Source: a virus (lineage: Duplodnaviria; Caudoviricetes). Taken from it: a stretch of DNA of 52,016 nucleotides. A program made the translations under genes and the position numbers. Numbering within the stretch: the first letter of the stretch is position 1; each line of letters starts with the position of its first letter. The notes under the pieces were generated by a model. That model ran no database searches, was not told where the DNA came from, and worked only from the letters and a program-made list of their open reading frames with translations. Positions 9,776 to 19,304 of this stretch are shown here, in pieces. Location of the stretch: the IMG/VR virus record IMGVR_UViG_3300011438_000014, positions 1 through 52,016 of that record; one strand, written 5' to 3'.

Positions 9776-9866
9776 GGGATCATTTCTTCAATCAGTTTGA
9801 TGCGCTGGCAGCTTCAATCCCAGAGCACACAGATAAAAAGCGCATTCCATTTTCAGGTCGTGTCAT
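9772..9866 (-). pseudogene. Internally deleted C5-cytosine DNA methyltransferase remnant
   Basis: Frame from ATG 9866 reads MTRPENGMRFLSVCSGIEAAS (motif I of phage Dcm-like MTases). A second frame reads QRIKLIEEMIP-stop (typical tail after motif X), whose TGA overlaps the GT start ATG 9775. The two halves meet at CCAGCG. Confidence 0.75.
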
Positions 9867-9877
9867 GTCGTGGCGGC

Positions 9878-9906
9878 ATTCCACCCGAACCACCACCACC
9901 CGTCAA
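9878..9906 (-). promoter_or_regulatory. Putative sigma70-like promoter TTGACG-N17-TGGAAT
   Basis: Consensus-like hexamers with 17-nt spacing, followed by the CACGAC motif and ATG 9866. Confidence 0.45.
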
Positions 9907-12900
9907 GTCACTGTTACAGTGTCGGAGTCGGAATTGTTCCCCGGTGTTGAATCGGTCTGGGAACCACCCACTGTAACGGACAATGTCGCCGTACCGGGTC
10001 CGCCTGCATGAGCCAGGAATGTGCCCACTTTCACTTCCCCGCTGGCCATATTTCCAAGAGCCACCGCAAAACCGCTGATGGAATCGCCGCTGAACACACC
10101 GGGTCCGCCATAACCGAAGATCGAGTACCCGATCTCGTTCATGTCCGCTGATAAAACCACGCCCGTCGCTGCATCTGGCCCGTTGTTTGTAACCGTGACC
10201 ACGAACGTAATCACCCCGCCCGGGGACGCTGCCGGATTGGGTGTTCCTGGCGTGATTACCACCTGCAAGTCTGTCTCGGGTATCACCGGTGGAATCGTCG
10301 TCGTAATCGTCAGAGACCAATCAGTGATCTGCCCAACGTCCAGCACGGCGTCGTCTTGCACGAAAAGTCTCCACGCTCCATTGGGCTGCTTACCGACCAG
10401 CACATCCAGTGATGTCTGATGTGGGTCCGGTGGCGCCGGTGCTGGCATCCCTTCCGAGGCTGCGTCGTAGTTGGCGCTCGAATAGACCGTGGAATTTACG
10501 ATGGTCGCGGCGTCAGGGATGGCCGGGAAGGCTGCCCCGTCATCGATCGAGAAGTTCACCCCTGGCGTCAGGATGTCCGTCGCTCCCCCCGCATCACCCA
10601 TCACGATGATGTGCGTGCCATCCGGGGCCACGAGAACAATGTCCACGTCATCCGGGTTGGTGTGGAAAAATCCGGTGATGTTCAACCGGACGTTCGAGAT
10701 CACCCCGGTCAATCCCTCCACATACTTCACTGACGGATACGGAGTGGCCGCAGCGTTATCGTTGATGGTGATCAGACCGGTCGTCGAAGGACCATCGCCA
10801 AGGCGCCGAATCTGGAACCCGTTCACTCGTGACAGCCCATCCGCGCCAAGACCCGATGTAATGAGCACCATGTGGCCTGCCGTGCCCACCACGCAACGAA
10901 TGCGAACGTACTGGAATCCATCGCCCCACGTCCCGCCGTTAGCGCCTGGGCCGTTTACGGTCGAAAGCGGCCCGTAAGTAGTCACGACCGAAGGAGCGTA
11001 CTGCGCCGTGAAGGTGCCCACCTCCAATTGAAACACCGAATTCGAGTCATCCGCTGCCTGATGGCCATAGAGATAGAACTCGTACTCACCAATCGGGAGT
11101 CCACTCAAAGCAATCCTGGTCGCCACCGGTGCAAGCGGATCTCCGCCACTGCCGGCGATTCCACCAAAACCACTCTGCATCATAGCGTCCGGGTGGGTCG
11201 GATTTGACCTCGACACCAGTGAATCCACCACGGTCGCGTAAATGTCAATCTGCTGACCGCTGACATTCTTCGCCCGAACATTGATCGTGGGCGATTCCCC
11301 GCCAATCACCGTCCAGAAATCCGTGGAGTTGCCACCCGCCGCAGCAATTCCAACTTTGGTCGGTTCCGCTGCACTCGATTTGCAGTTGAAGTTGAGCAGG
11401 CTGTCCACATCGAAATCATACGCGCAGACTAACGCCGCTTCCGCTGCCGCACATGCCGCAGCCAAAGCCTTCGCATCTGCGTCCGCCTGGCTGATGATGC
11501 TTGTCTGGGTGGATGTCCTCGACACATCGCTCCCAGTCGTGTCGGCCGGACATGACTTGGCGCAGGTCTTCGTCGAGGTGTAAACAGTTGGTGGCGCCGG
11601 TTCTTCAAGGTCCACGGAAATGATAGGATCGGGCGCCTGGGTCGCGGGCGGTATATTGAAACAGTCATTGCCGCAGTAGTAGCCATAGCCATATCCACCC
11701 CCCGGCATCTCAACTTCCCCAGGGCCGCAGCCCGGTGGAATGTAGGTCAGATTCTCATTGTCCCATGTCTCAAGGAACAGCAACTCGCCTGTCGTCAGGT
11801 TCTCCAACTTAACGATGTCAAGCAGATAGCCGAACGCACCATCCGCATCCGCGATGTATTGTAGAATCAGCTTGGACTCGGTATTGGCCGCGACATTGAA
11901 CTCGATGATTTCATCCGTGAAATTCTGGTTCCATTCCCGCGTGATTTCCTCCGACACATCTCCAAGTGTTACCAGTTCCTTCCCAGTCGCAGCCGGCGAC
12001 CGCTGGTTGCCGGCGTAACGAAGAGTGAGCCGATATTGATTGCCCGGGGTGAAAGCGAACGCCTGCTTCGTCTCGATGGTGGAAGCGAACTGCGCACTAC
12101 TCCCTGCCCGGTCCACGTAAAGCCCGTTGCCGGGAATCAGATCGTACAACGACACCCCGTCACTGCCGGTGCCGATCAGGTCCATGTGGCCGGCTGTGAT
12201 GTTCCAATTCGTGAAACCTGTGTAGTTGAGAGATGCCCGGGAGGCGTACAAATCCCCCTCCGGAATGCAGTCACCCGAACAGAAGTAGCTCTTGACCCCA
12301 TCCAAAGCTGACAGCACATCCGACACGCTGGCCGAATGAGCGTTCAGGAAGAACCCACCGCTTGCGATGCGATTACCCAACACAAACCCAGCCCCGTTCG
12401 CACGCACACCGACACAGATGATGATTCCGCCTGAATCGAAGAACGACTGCGCCATCGGCACCGGATCTTCCCCGAGCTTGTTCTCGAAGTCCGATACCAC
12501 CACGATGATTTTGTGCGACGAAGTCCCAGACACCTGCGCATCCACCGATTGAATCGCTTCCTCCAGCGCAGCGCCGATATTCGTCTTGGATTGCGCTTGT
12601 GGGATACCATTGATGCCGGTGGTCAATTGAGCAGCCGAGCCTCCAAAAGTCACCACGCCAGCAGGTGCTTCGTTGAACGAGTAAAGAGCGATGGAATCCT
12701 TGGTCAGATCGATTCCGGTCACGAACTTGCGGGCTGCCTCCTTGGCAAAGGACAACTTGGTGGCGTACAGCCCCCCAAACTCTCCGCTCATCGACTTCGA
12801 GTTGTCCACCAGGACCACGATGGCATTCACGATGTCGTCGCAGCAATCCGCCCCAGCCATGACCTGCACCTGCGAGTAGGCGCGCTTGCCCATCCACTCC

Positions 12901-13304
12901 ACCGAGATGGTCGAGATACCCTGCGCCAGCCCTGTCACATTGCCGCCGATGGCGCCGATGAGGGTGATGTCCTGGTTGGAAGAACGGTAGGTCAGACCGG
13001 TTAGGATCTCCGTCTCAGTTGTGCCACGGCGCACGTACGTCCGAAGCTGGACCGACTTACCCTCGCAGAGAGTGAGCGCCGACGGCTTGATGACGATGGT
13101 GTCGGTGTTAGCCCCGCAGATTTCGGGGTGAGCGGCAGCGAAGTTAAGGTCAGTGCAGCGCGGATCGATTCCACAGATACCCGGGTTGGCCGCGGAAAAT
13201 GCCGGATCGTCACAGCGCGGATCGCGTGAGCAAAGATTGGCCTGCTTCTGGCGCTCGATGGCGTCTTCGCATGGAGGTGTGATGAGTTGGTCGAAGTTCT
13301 TCAT
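9903..13304 (-). CDS. Large Cys-rich virion appendage protein: Ig-like (Big_2), VWA, DUF5977-like, P-domain (proprotein convertase-like) and DUF11-like
   Basis: VWA MIDAS DNSKSM, TNIGAAL and VVSD; ISQADADAKA; HTNPDDVDIVLVAPDGT...NGAWRLFVQDD...GQITDWSL (P-domain); TVTNNGPDAATGV...DSTPGNNS (DUF11). Confidence 0.75.
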   Translation of the reverse strand: MKNFDQLITPPCEDAIERQKQANLCSRDPRCDDPAFSAANPGICGIDPRCTDLNFAAAHPEICGANTDTIVIKPSALTLCEGKSVQLRTYVRRGTTETEILTGLTYRSSNQDITLIGAIGGNVTGLAQGISTISVEWMGKRAYSQVQVMAGADCCDDIVNAIVVLVDNSKSMSGEFGGLYATKLSFAKEAARKFVTGIDLTKDSIALYSFNEAPAGVVTFGGSAAQLTTGINGIPQAQSKTNIGAALEEAIQSVDAQVSGTSSHKIIVVVSDFENKLGEDPVPMAQSFFDSGGIIICVGVRANGAGFVLGNRIASGGFFLNAHSASVSDVLSALDGVKSYFCSGDCIPEGDLYASRASLNYTGFTNWNITAGHMDLIGTGSDGVSLYDLIPGNGLYVDRAGSSAQFASTIETKQAFAFTPGNQYRLTLRYAGNQRSPAATGKELVTLGDVSEEITREWNQNFTDEIIEFNVAANTESKLILQYIADADGAFGYLLDIVKLENLTTGELLFLETWDNENLTYIPPGCGPGEVEMPGGGYGYGYYCGNDCFNIPPATQAPDPIISVDLEEPAPPTVYTSTKTCAKSCPADTTGSDVSRTSTQTSIISQADADAKALAAACAAAEAALVCAYDFDVDSLLNFNCKSSAAEPTKVGIAAAGGNSTDFWTVIGGESPTINVRAKNVSGQQIDIYATVVDSLVSRSNPTHPDAMMQSGFGGIAGSGGDPLAPVATRIALSGLPIGEYEFYLYGHQAADDSNSVFQLEVGTFTAQYAPSVVTTYGPLSTVNGPGANGGTWGDGFQYVRIRCVVGTAGHMVLITSGLGADGLSRVNGFQIRRLGDGPSTTGLITINDNAAATPYPSVKYVEGLTGVISNVRLNITGFFHTNPDDVDIVLVAPDGTHIIVMGDAGGATDILTPGVNFSIDDGAAFPAIPDAATIVNSTVYSSANYDAASEGMPAPAPPDPHQTSLDVLVGKQPNGAWRLFVQDDAVLDVGQITDWSLTITTTIPPVIPETDLQVVITPGTPNPAASPGGVITFVVTVTNNGPDAATGVVLSADMNEIGYSIFGYGGPGVFSGDSISGFAVALGNMASGEVKVGTFLAHAGGPGTATLSVTVGGSQTDSTPGNNSDSDTVTVT

Positions 13305-15403
13305 TTGGTAAGCTCGAACATCTCAATCAACACCCCAACCCGATTCCAAAACTCCAACTTCAGCGACGTGCATGACACCGTGCATTTCTGCGCTCCGAAG
13401 TCGCCGTCATAAATGAACTTGTTGTAGGGCGACAGGGCACCATTGATCGTCACGATGGATTTGCCTCCTGCCCCGTTGGCAATGTATGGCAATCCATCCA
13501 CCTCCAACCGCTCGTACCAGTGAATGTGCCCGTTCATCACCAAGTCCGCGCCCCACGCCTTGAACGGCCAGCGCAAATCGGGATACGCCAAGAACCCATC
13601 GCCGGCCAGCGTCGCCTGCGTGGCTGCTGTATGATACGACGTGTAGGCTGGCTGGTGCATCACGACCACTTTCCACTTCGCCGTCGAAAGCAGCAAGCCG
13701 ATGCGCAACCACTCGGCCTGGGCGGACGTGGGGTTGTTACCGAACTCCGTCTGCTGATTCACCTGGCTATTGTCGAACCCGGCATCAACAAAGAAGAACT
13801 GCACCGGGCCCCTGACCACGGTATAGAACGGGCGGATGTTGCCCTCCACTGTTTGCAAATCCGCAACCCCGAAGTAGTCAAACTCGATGTCCAGGTGGGC
13901 GGATGGATCTCGGTCATGGTTCCCGATTGTTGCGTAGAAGTTCTGCCGTGACGCTCCCGTCCCGTACGCACCGGAATACTTTCCGATGTAGGACGAGTAG
14001 TAACGGCCCACCCGATTGTCCAAATCCTCTTTGGTCAGCGTGGCGTCGTACCAATTATCCCCGGTGGAAAGAATGAACTCCGGCTTCCATCCCAACACCA
14101 TGTCCGCCACCTGCTCGGTCGGCGTCCCGACTGCCCCGAAGTCTCCAATAATCGCAAATGACGTATCTCCCGCCGATTCCGGCGCCACGTCGTCCTCCTG
14201 CTCGGCTGTCGTCGGCAGGCGGCGCTGGGTGCAGTCCTCGACCGGATCACCCTCGCGCTTCTTCTTATCCCAGTACATCAGGTTGGCTAGTTCACCCTCC
14301 ACGTCCCGGCCGTCCCCGTAGAACTGGATGTAGAGGTCACGCTTCTTCTGCAAATCGCACCCGAAGTTGTCCTCGTGCTTCCACCGCACGAACGTCCGAA
14401 TCGCTGCCTGGATGTCGGCTCCCCAAATCACTTCATCGACGATGTCGTCGTCCTGCCAGTCCTGCTTCCACCCATCCCATTCGAGCACGACCTTCTCGTT
14501 GCTCTGAATCCACGGTGCCACGTAAACGCGGTTACGTTCGACAGCCCACATCCCCAGCCGGGCCCGCCCATTCGGTGAATCCGTCGAAGACTCGGCGTAC
14601 TTGAACCCCTGCTGAAGCGCCGGCAGTCCGGCATTCTCGGGATTCGTGAAGGCGCAGCGAAAGTGATTGGACCAGCACTGGACATCCCGAAAGGAAGCAG
14701 CCTCGTAAAACACGGTGTCGCAATTGTGAACGAGTACACCATCAGTAAAGAACTCCGATTCTCCCTCAACTGTGAGATCGTAAACGGGGACGACGCAACG
14801 GAGCGGTGTGACGGCTTGAACACGTAAGGGAGCAAAACTTTGCTTTTTTGAATTTGTTGTGAGTGACAGTAGTGTATGAGCACCTGTCAACAATTCAAGC
14901 GGAATCCATCCATTTTCATTCGTCCAAATCCGGTGTTTCGGCGTGGCTAAAAAACTATTACCATCTTCCAACCGCACTTGGCGGACAATCGCTTTTGCGG
15001 AAGTCATCCCGCTCCAAAGAATCCGTCGAAAACCTTTTCGTGTGAGCACGCGATCTTTGGTTGTCAGCTTTTCTATCGGCACTTGCCCCCGCGCAGTTGT
15101 AACCATCGTGCCAGCAGGGAAGCACCAATCATCGTTCGCGATGCTGTAAACCCGCCTGATGACGCCCGGCCCGTCAACTGTGGGCGGTGAATCAAACACG
15201 GTCAGCCCACAGCGCACCAAAGTTTTGCAGGCAGCAATGACGCTGGTGTTGTTCTGGCGGTTCAACAGGCACCACTTGGCGATCTCGACCATCGCTTCGT
15301 TGAAGAAGATGTTGTGGGCGGCGACGAGGTTGGCTGACTCACCCGGTGACACCCAGATGGTCCGCCGGAGCTTCGTCTTGAAATCTTTGTGGGTCAGTGA
15401 CAT
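13301..15403 (-). CDS. Putative head-tail adaptor/tail protein with a mini-intein, fused to a calcineurin-like (purple acid phosphatase-type) metallophosphoesterase
   Basis: C-terminal GDFG, GDNWY, GNHD, HQP and GHIH motifs; Hint domain at residues 94-227; adaptor role inferred only from position after the capsid gene. Confidence 0.75.
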   Translation of the reverse strand: MSLTHKDFKTKLRRTIWVSPGESANLVAAHNIFFNEAMVEIAKWCLLNRQNNTSVIAACKTLVRCGLTVFDSPPTVDGPGVIRRVYSIANDDWCFPAGTMVTTARGQVPIEKLTTKDRVLTRKGFRRILWSGMTSAKAIVRQVRLEDGNSFLATPKHRIWTNENGWIPLELLTGAHTLLSLTTNSKKQSFAPLRVQAVTPLRCVVPVYDLTVEGESEFFTDGVLVHNCDTVFYEAASFRDVQCWSNHFRCAFTNPENAGLPALQQGFKYAESSTDSPNGRARLGMWAVERNRVYVAPWIQSNEKVVLEWDGWKQDWQDDDIVDEVIWGADIQAAIRTFVRWKHEDNFGCDLQKKRDLYIQFYGDGRDVEGELANLMYWDKKKREGDPVEDCTQRRLPTTAEQEDDVAPESAGDTSFAIIGDFGAVGTPTEQVADMVLGWKPEFILSTGDNWYDATLTKEDLDNRVGRYYSSYIGKYSGAYGTGASRQNFYATIGNHDRDPSAHLDIEFDYFGVADLQTVEGNIRPFYTVVRGPVQFFFVDAGFDNSQVNQQTEFGNNPTSAQAEWLRIGLLLSTAKWKVVVMHQPAYTSYHTAATQATLAGDGFLAYPDLRWPFKAWGADLVMNGHIHWYERLEVDGLPYIANGAGGKSIVTINGALSPYNKFIYDGDFGAQKCTVSCTSLKLEFWNRVGVLIEMFELTK
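14723..15124 (-). mobile_element. Mini-intein (134 aa, no homing endonuclease)
   Basis: Block A CFPAGTMV, block B ATPKHRIW, block F VYDLTVEG and block G VLVHN followed by +1 Cys; more AT-rich than its flanks. Confidence 0.92.
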
Positions 15404-15405
15404 CG

Positions 15406-15783
15406 CTATTCATCCGCCGTAGGTCGCATCGCTTGGCTAACCACCACAACAGGTGCTTCCCCCGAAGGGGACGGTGTGGACGGGCTCCCGGGCTGTCCGT
15501 CGGTGGAAGGTAACACCCGCTTTGGTTGCCACTCGTCCCTCCATACTCTCGGCAGCACGGTCAGCTTTTTTTTTAGCCACTCATCGTACTCCGCCTTCGT
15601 AATGGAAGTCACCCCGCCCACTCCACGCTGCACGCATTGCCACAAGGAGTCCGACAGGAACTCGCTCTGCGGCGCTATCACTCCGTTGTGATTGTCGATC
15701 ATCACCCAGTTCTTCCACGGGGTGCCATTGGCCAGAACAATCGAGACCCGAGGCTCAACCTTGTGAAAAAATCTCTGCGCCAT
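15406..15783 (-). CDS. Hypothetical protein downstream of the major capsid gene
   Basis: 125 aa ORF colinear with the operon, 2 nt before the next start. Confidence 0.7.
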   Translation of the reverse strand: MAQRFFHKVEPRVSIVLANGTPWKNWVMIDNHNGVIAPQSEFLSDSLWQCVQRGVGGVTSITKAEYDEWLKKKLTVLPRVWRDEWQPKRVLPSTDGQPGSPSTPSPSGEAPVVVVSQAMRPTADE

Positions 15784-15838
15784 GCGCGTTTATCACGCAG
15801 CGGCCAGCGTTTGGCAAGAGTTCACTCAACGAGTATCC

Positions 15839-15873
15839 AAAAACAAAACGCCGGATTCAACAGAATCCGGCGT
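15839..15873 (-). terminator. Rho-independent terminator after the major capsid gene
   Basis: Perfect 11-bp stem ACGCCGGATTC/GAATCCGGCGT with a 4-nt loop, followed on the minus strand by TTTGTTTTT. Confidence 0.85.
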
Positions 15874-15892
15874 GCGAAAAACTACCACTCAA

Positions 15893-17665
15893 TCATACAA
15901 GATTGTCATATGGATACGACCGCCCAGTCGTGATTGGTGGCTCCACTGAAAAATTGTGAATCCACAAGGATTTCAAAGGACACTCGACTATCGGCATCCC
16001 CGCCTGCGAGGTGAGCGTCTGCATCTTGTGCGACACTTCCATCACACAGCGGAACGTCGAGTCGTACTTCGCCAAATCCTGAATGTCGGCCGTCTTGTAC
16101 TCGCGTCGATTCGACGCGATGTGAGCGTAATACATCGACCCGCCCGTGTTGCCGGACGGCTTGCCGATGTCGAGCGCCAGCAACAGGTTGCCGACCGTCG
16201 GCTGGCCGAGGGCGACGTTCTCGTCGTAGAGATCATCGAAGAACTCGTCGGTGGTCAGGTTGATGCGGATGCCAGACGGACGCTTGAAGAAGAAGCTGTC
16301 GTAGATCATCCCCATCTCGTTGACCTTGCCCTGCTCGATGTTGAAGACCTCCTTGCCCTTAAACTCCACGTCGAGATAATCGATGTAGGCGGTGTAGAAG
16401 TTCGCCTTGAAGATCGAATTACAGAACCAGTCGATGTCCGTGACCTTCCGTCCGCCCGTTTTTCGGGCGCGCACCAGATCATAATTGAAGTCCAGGAACT
16501 CGTAGAGGTTCAGCTTGTTTTTCTGCAAATCCTTGACCCGGTCGCAGACCCGAAGCTGCTCCTTCCAACCGACGAAGTTCGCGCGGCGCGCAATCAACTG
16601 CCCGCCACTGGCTGTCACGCCGCTTGGATCGAGGACCGACCCGGCGATGGTGTTGATCGCCTCCAGTGATTCCCAGTTCTCCTTGTCCTGATTCGGGAGC
16701 GGCTTCTGGAAGAAGATGGCATTGACCAGGTTGACCTGGAAGTTGTGCTCGTCCTGCGCATTGCGCTTGGCCATGTCGATGTCGCCGAACTCCTTAAAGG
16801 CCGGGTTGGCGTCGAACAGGCGTTCGTACACCAACTCGTACTGTTCGTCGGTGCAGCGCGCCTCGCGCATCGTCTGGTAGAAGAAAAGAACCTTCTTGCG
16901 CGGATCGATGTTCGCGCGGTTCTGGCACCATGACTCGAAGTCATGAACGTTGTTGATGCCGGGAATGATGTAGCCCGCCTCTGGCGCGGCATCAAAGGCA
17001 CCAGCTGACCCGGCGTTTTCAGAACGCACCACAAGATCAACGTAGCTGGCTGCGGCATTCACCGCGGAAGCCAGCACGCGCCAGTTGCCCTGCTGTGCCA
17101 CACCAGGGCCGCTGACGTTGAACAGGAACAGCACGTCGCGGTTCCTGAACCAGTTCACATCCAAAGGAATCCCATGGCGCGTTTCCACCCGGATAACCCG
17201 ATCCGTGCCGACATCACCCAACGCAATTTGCGCGTTCGTCAAGGGGTAGGTTGCCAGGTCTCCGTTCAGTGCATCGTACGCCGCCGGGGTCCAGCCGGAT
17301 GTGACCTTCCAATGGTCCTTGTTCACCACGGATTCCTGGTTCGCGATGATGAATGGCTGGATGAGGCTCGGCCCGCCCATCACCTTCTGGCCAGGATTGA
17401 TCGCGGCACGCGCCTTGGTCATGTCGGCGTTCGCCATAATCCAGTCGTACATGGCGTAACGCTGCACACCGCAGGCTGCCATCTCGATAGAGTGGAAGAG
17501 CCACGCATCGAGATCCGCGAACAAACCGGACGGCGTGAATAGAGCATCAAGCTCTGAGGCCGTCAGATGTTTGAGCGAGGCGCGGGTGATTGATCCGCAC
17601 GTGTCGTTGGAGAGGCCGATTACCGGGCTGCATTGAGCCGCAAACCGATCAGAGATTGCTAACAT
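15893..17665 (-). CDS. Probable major capsid protein
   Basis: 590 aa with strongly biased codons; follows the scaffold-like gene and is followed by a terminator; FYQTMR/E...IFFQ arrangement is compatible with an HK97 fold. Confidence 0.7.
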   Translation of the reverse strand: MLAISDRFAAQCSPVIGLSNDTCGSITRASLKHLTASELDALFTPSGLFADLDAWLFHSIEMAACGVQRYAMYDWIMANADMTKARAAINPGQKVMGGPSLIQPFIIANQESVVNKDHWKVTSGWTPAAYDALNGDLATYPLTNAQIALGDVGTDRVIRVETRHGIPLDVNWFRNRDVLFLFNVSGPGVAQQGNWRVLASAVNAAASYVDLVVRSENAGSAGAFDAAPEAGYIIPGINNVHDFESWCQNRANIDPRKKVLFFYQTMREARCTDEQYELVYERLFDANPAFKEFGDIDMAKRNAQDEHNFQVNLVNAIFFQKPLPNQDKENWESLEAINTIAGSVLDPSGVTASGGQLIARRANFVGWKEQLRVCDRVKDLQKNKLNLYEFLDFNYDLVRARKTGGRKVTDIDWFCNSIFKANFYTAYIDYLDVEFKGKEVFNIEQGKVNEMGMIYDSFFFKRPSGIRINLTTDEFFDDLYDENVALGQPTVGNLLLALDIGKPSGNTGGSMYYAHIASNRREYKTADIQDLAKYDSTFRCVMEVSHKMQTLTSQAGMPIVECPLKSLWIHNFSVEPPITTGRSYPYDNLV

Positions 17666-17675
17666 GGAGCCGAGT

Positions 17676-19292
17676 TTATCGGCCCCGGCTTCTGGCTACT
17701 GCACTTTTCCCGTCTGTGACCGTCTCTTTGCCGCCCCTGGCGCCGGTGTCCACCGCATCAGACGCGGAAGCTGTCGATGGCGAGCGGGTGCGAGTGCCAC
17801 GGGGAGTTTCTTCCTCCGCGACCTTCTCTTCCTTTTTCTCGTCTTTATCGGCTTCCTTCTTGCCTTCCTCCGGCGTCGGTGCCGCCCCGGCTTCTGGCGG
17901 CTTTGGTGTGCGATGGCCGACCCGCTTCGTGAATTTCTCGATTTCCCGCTTGGCGGTGTCGGCGTAGGTGGCGATTAAGCCTCGACGGAAATCCCCCTCG
18001 GTGAGCGTGTAGTAGTTGGCATTGAGCGCAGCCACCGCTTCACGTTTTGCCTTTGCGTCCAGCGTGCCGTCCTTGGCGATTCGGTTGTACTCGTTGTTGA
18101 AACCCGAGTTCGTGACCAGGCGTTGCTTGCCCCTCATCGTCTGCTCGGGCGGCATCTGCAACATCTCGCCTTCGAGGCTCCGCATGAAGTTCAACAGGTC
18201 CGCGTGGGGATAGATGCGACGACCGCTGACCTTGAGCGTCAGGGGTTGTGAGATTTTCGCCGGCCATACATCGTCAAACTGCGTCAGTCGGTGAAGCTCC
18301 ACGGTGAGCACGGCCAATTCTTCCGCTGTCTCCTGGAGGATCTCGGTGACGACCGGATCTTTGGCCATCATCTTCTCGGTGATTTCCTTGGTCAACGCCT
18401 TGCCATCACCGTTGCCCATCAGTTCCGCCAACTCAGGTGCAGCCACTTCGATAAACTCCATCACCGCACGCTGAGAATCTTCCGCGATACCCTTCTGGGC
18501 GTCCTGGAATTCCTGGCGTCGCTTCGTGACCTTCTCCTGCTCGGTGTGCTTGCCCTCAGTTTCCTGCCGGGCTTCCGCCTTAACCAAATTGTCGCGAGAC
18601 ATGTCGTACTCGTCAGCGTCGTAGAGCGGTTCGCTTTTATAGAACGCTTTGTGCTCTTCGGCCTGATCGTCGAAGTCCTCACCAGGATGGGCTGCCTCCC
18701 ACTGCTCCTGATATTTGGCTTCCTTCTCCCAGAACCGGAGCGTCTTCTCTGCAAAACCTTTTTCAACCGTGCCGTCCTCTTCCATCTGCTGCAAGACCCG
18801 CAGCTTGCGCTTGTCCTTCGTGGGCAATTCCAACTCGGTCTTCAGTTCTGGCTTGTCGATCTTACGCTCGACAGGTTCCTCGGCGCCGATTGGTGGCGGC
18901 ACATCGACCGGCTCACGCTTCGCGGCCGGCTGCTTAGCCGGGGCTGGCTTGGGGTCAGGTTTCTTTTCCTCGACCTTCGCGTCAGGCTTTTTGCCCTCGG
19001 CTTTGTCAGCGGGTTTGTCCTCAACTTTGGCGACAGGCTTTTCCTCGACCTTCTTCTCGACGGTTTTCTTTCTCCCGGCCCCGCGCGTCATGTCCTTGAG
19101 TTCGCGCTGCTGCTGCTTCAACTCTTCCGGGGTGAGTTCCTTTTCCGCCTTCTCGTCGGGCTTTTTGTCCTCGGCCTTTTCATCAGCTTTAGCGGTTGGC
19201 TGCGGATCGGGTTTCTTTTCCTCTTTCTTGCCACCATCGGCGGCATCGGCTTTGAGCAGGATCGAGTGGCGGTGGAGTGTGGAAGATTTCAT
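17676..19292 (-). CDS. Probable capsid scaffolding protein
   Basis: Highly charged Lys/Glu/Pro low-complexity protein between the portal region and the capsid gene. Confidence 0.6.
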   Translation of the reverse strand: MKSSTLHRHSILLKADAADGGKKEEKKPDPQPTAKADEKAEDKKPDEKAEKELTPEELKQQQRELKDMTRGAGRKKTVEKKVEEKPVAKVEDKPADKAEGKKPDAKVEEKKPDPKPAPAKQPAAKREPVDVPPPIGAEEPVERKIDKPELKTELELPTKDKRKLRVLQQMEEDGTVEKGFAEKTLRFWEKEAKYQEQWEAAHPGEDFDDQAEEHKAFYKSEPLYDADEYDMSRDNLVKAEARQETEGKHTEQEKVTKRRQEFQDAQKGIAEDSQRAVMEFIEVAAPELAELMGNGDGKALTKEITEKMMAKDPVVTEILQETAEELAVLTVELHRLTQFDDVWPAKISQPLTLKVSGRRIYPHADLLNFMRSLEGEMLQMPPEQTMRGKQRLVTNSGFNNEYNRIAKDGTLDAKAKREAVAALNANYYTLTEGDFRRGLIATYADTAKREIEKFTKRVGHRTPKPPEAGAAPTPEEGKKEADKDEKKEEKVAEEETPRGTRTRSPSTASASDAVDTGARGGKETVTDGKSAVARSRGR

Positions 19293-19304
19293 ACATCGCG
19301 TCGT

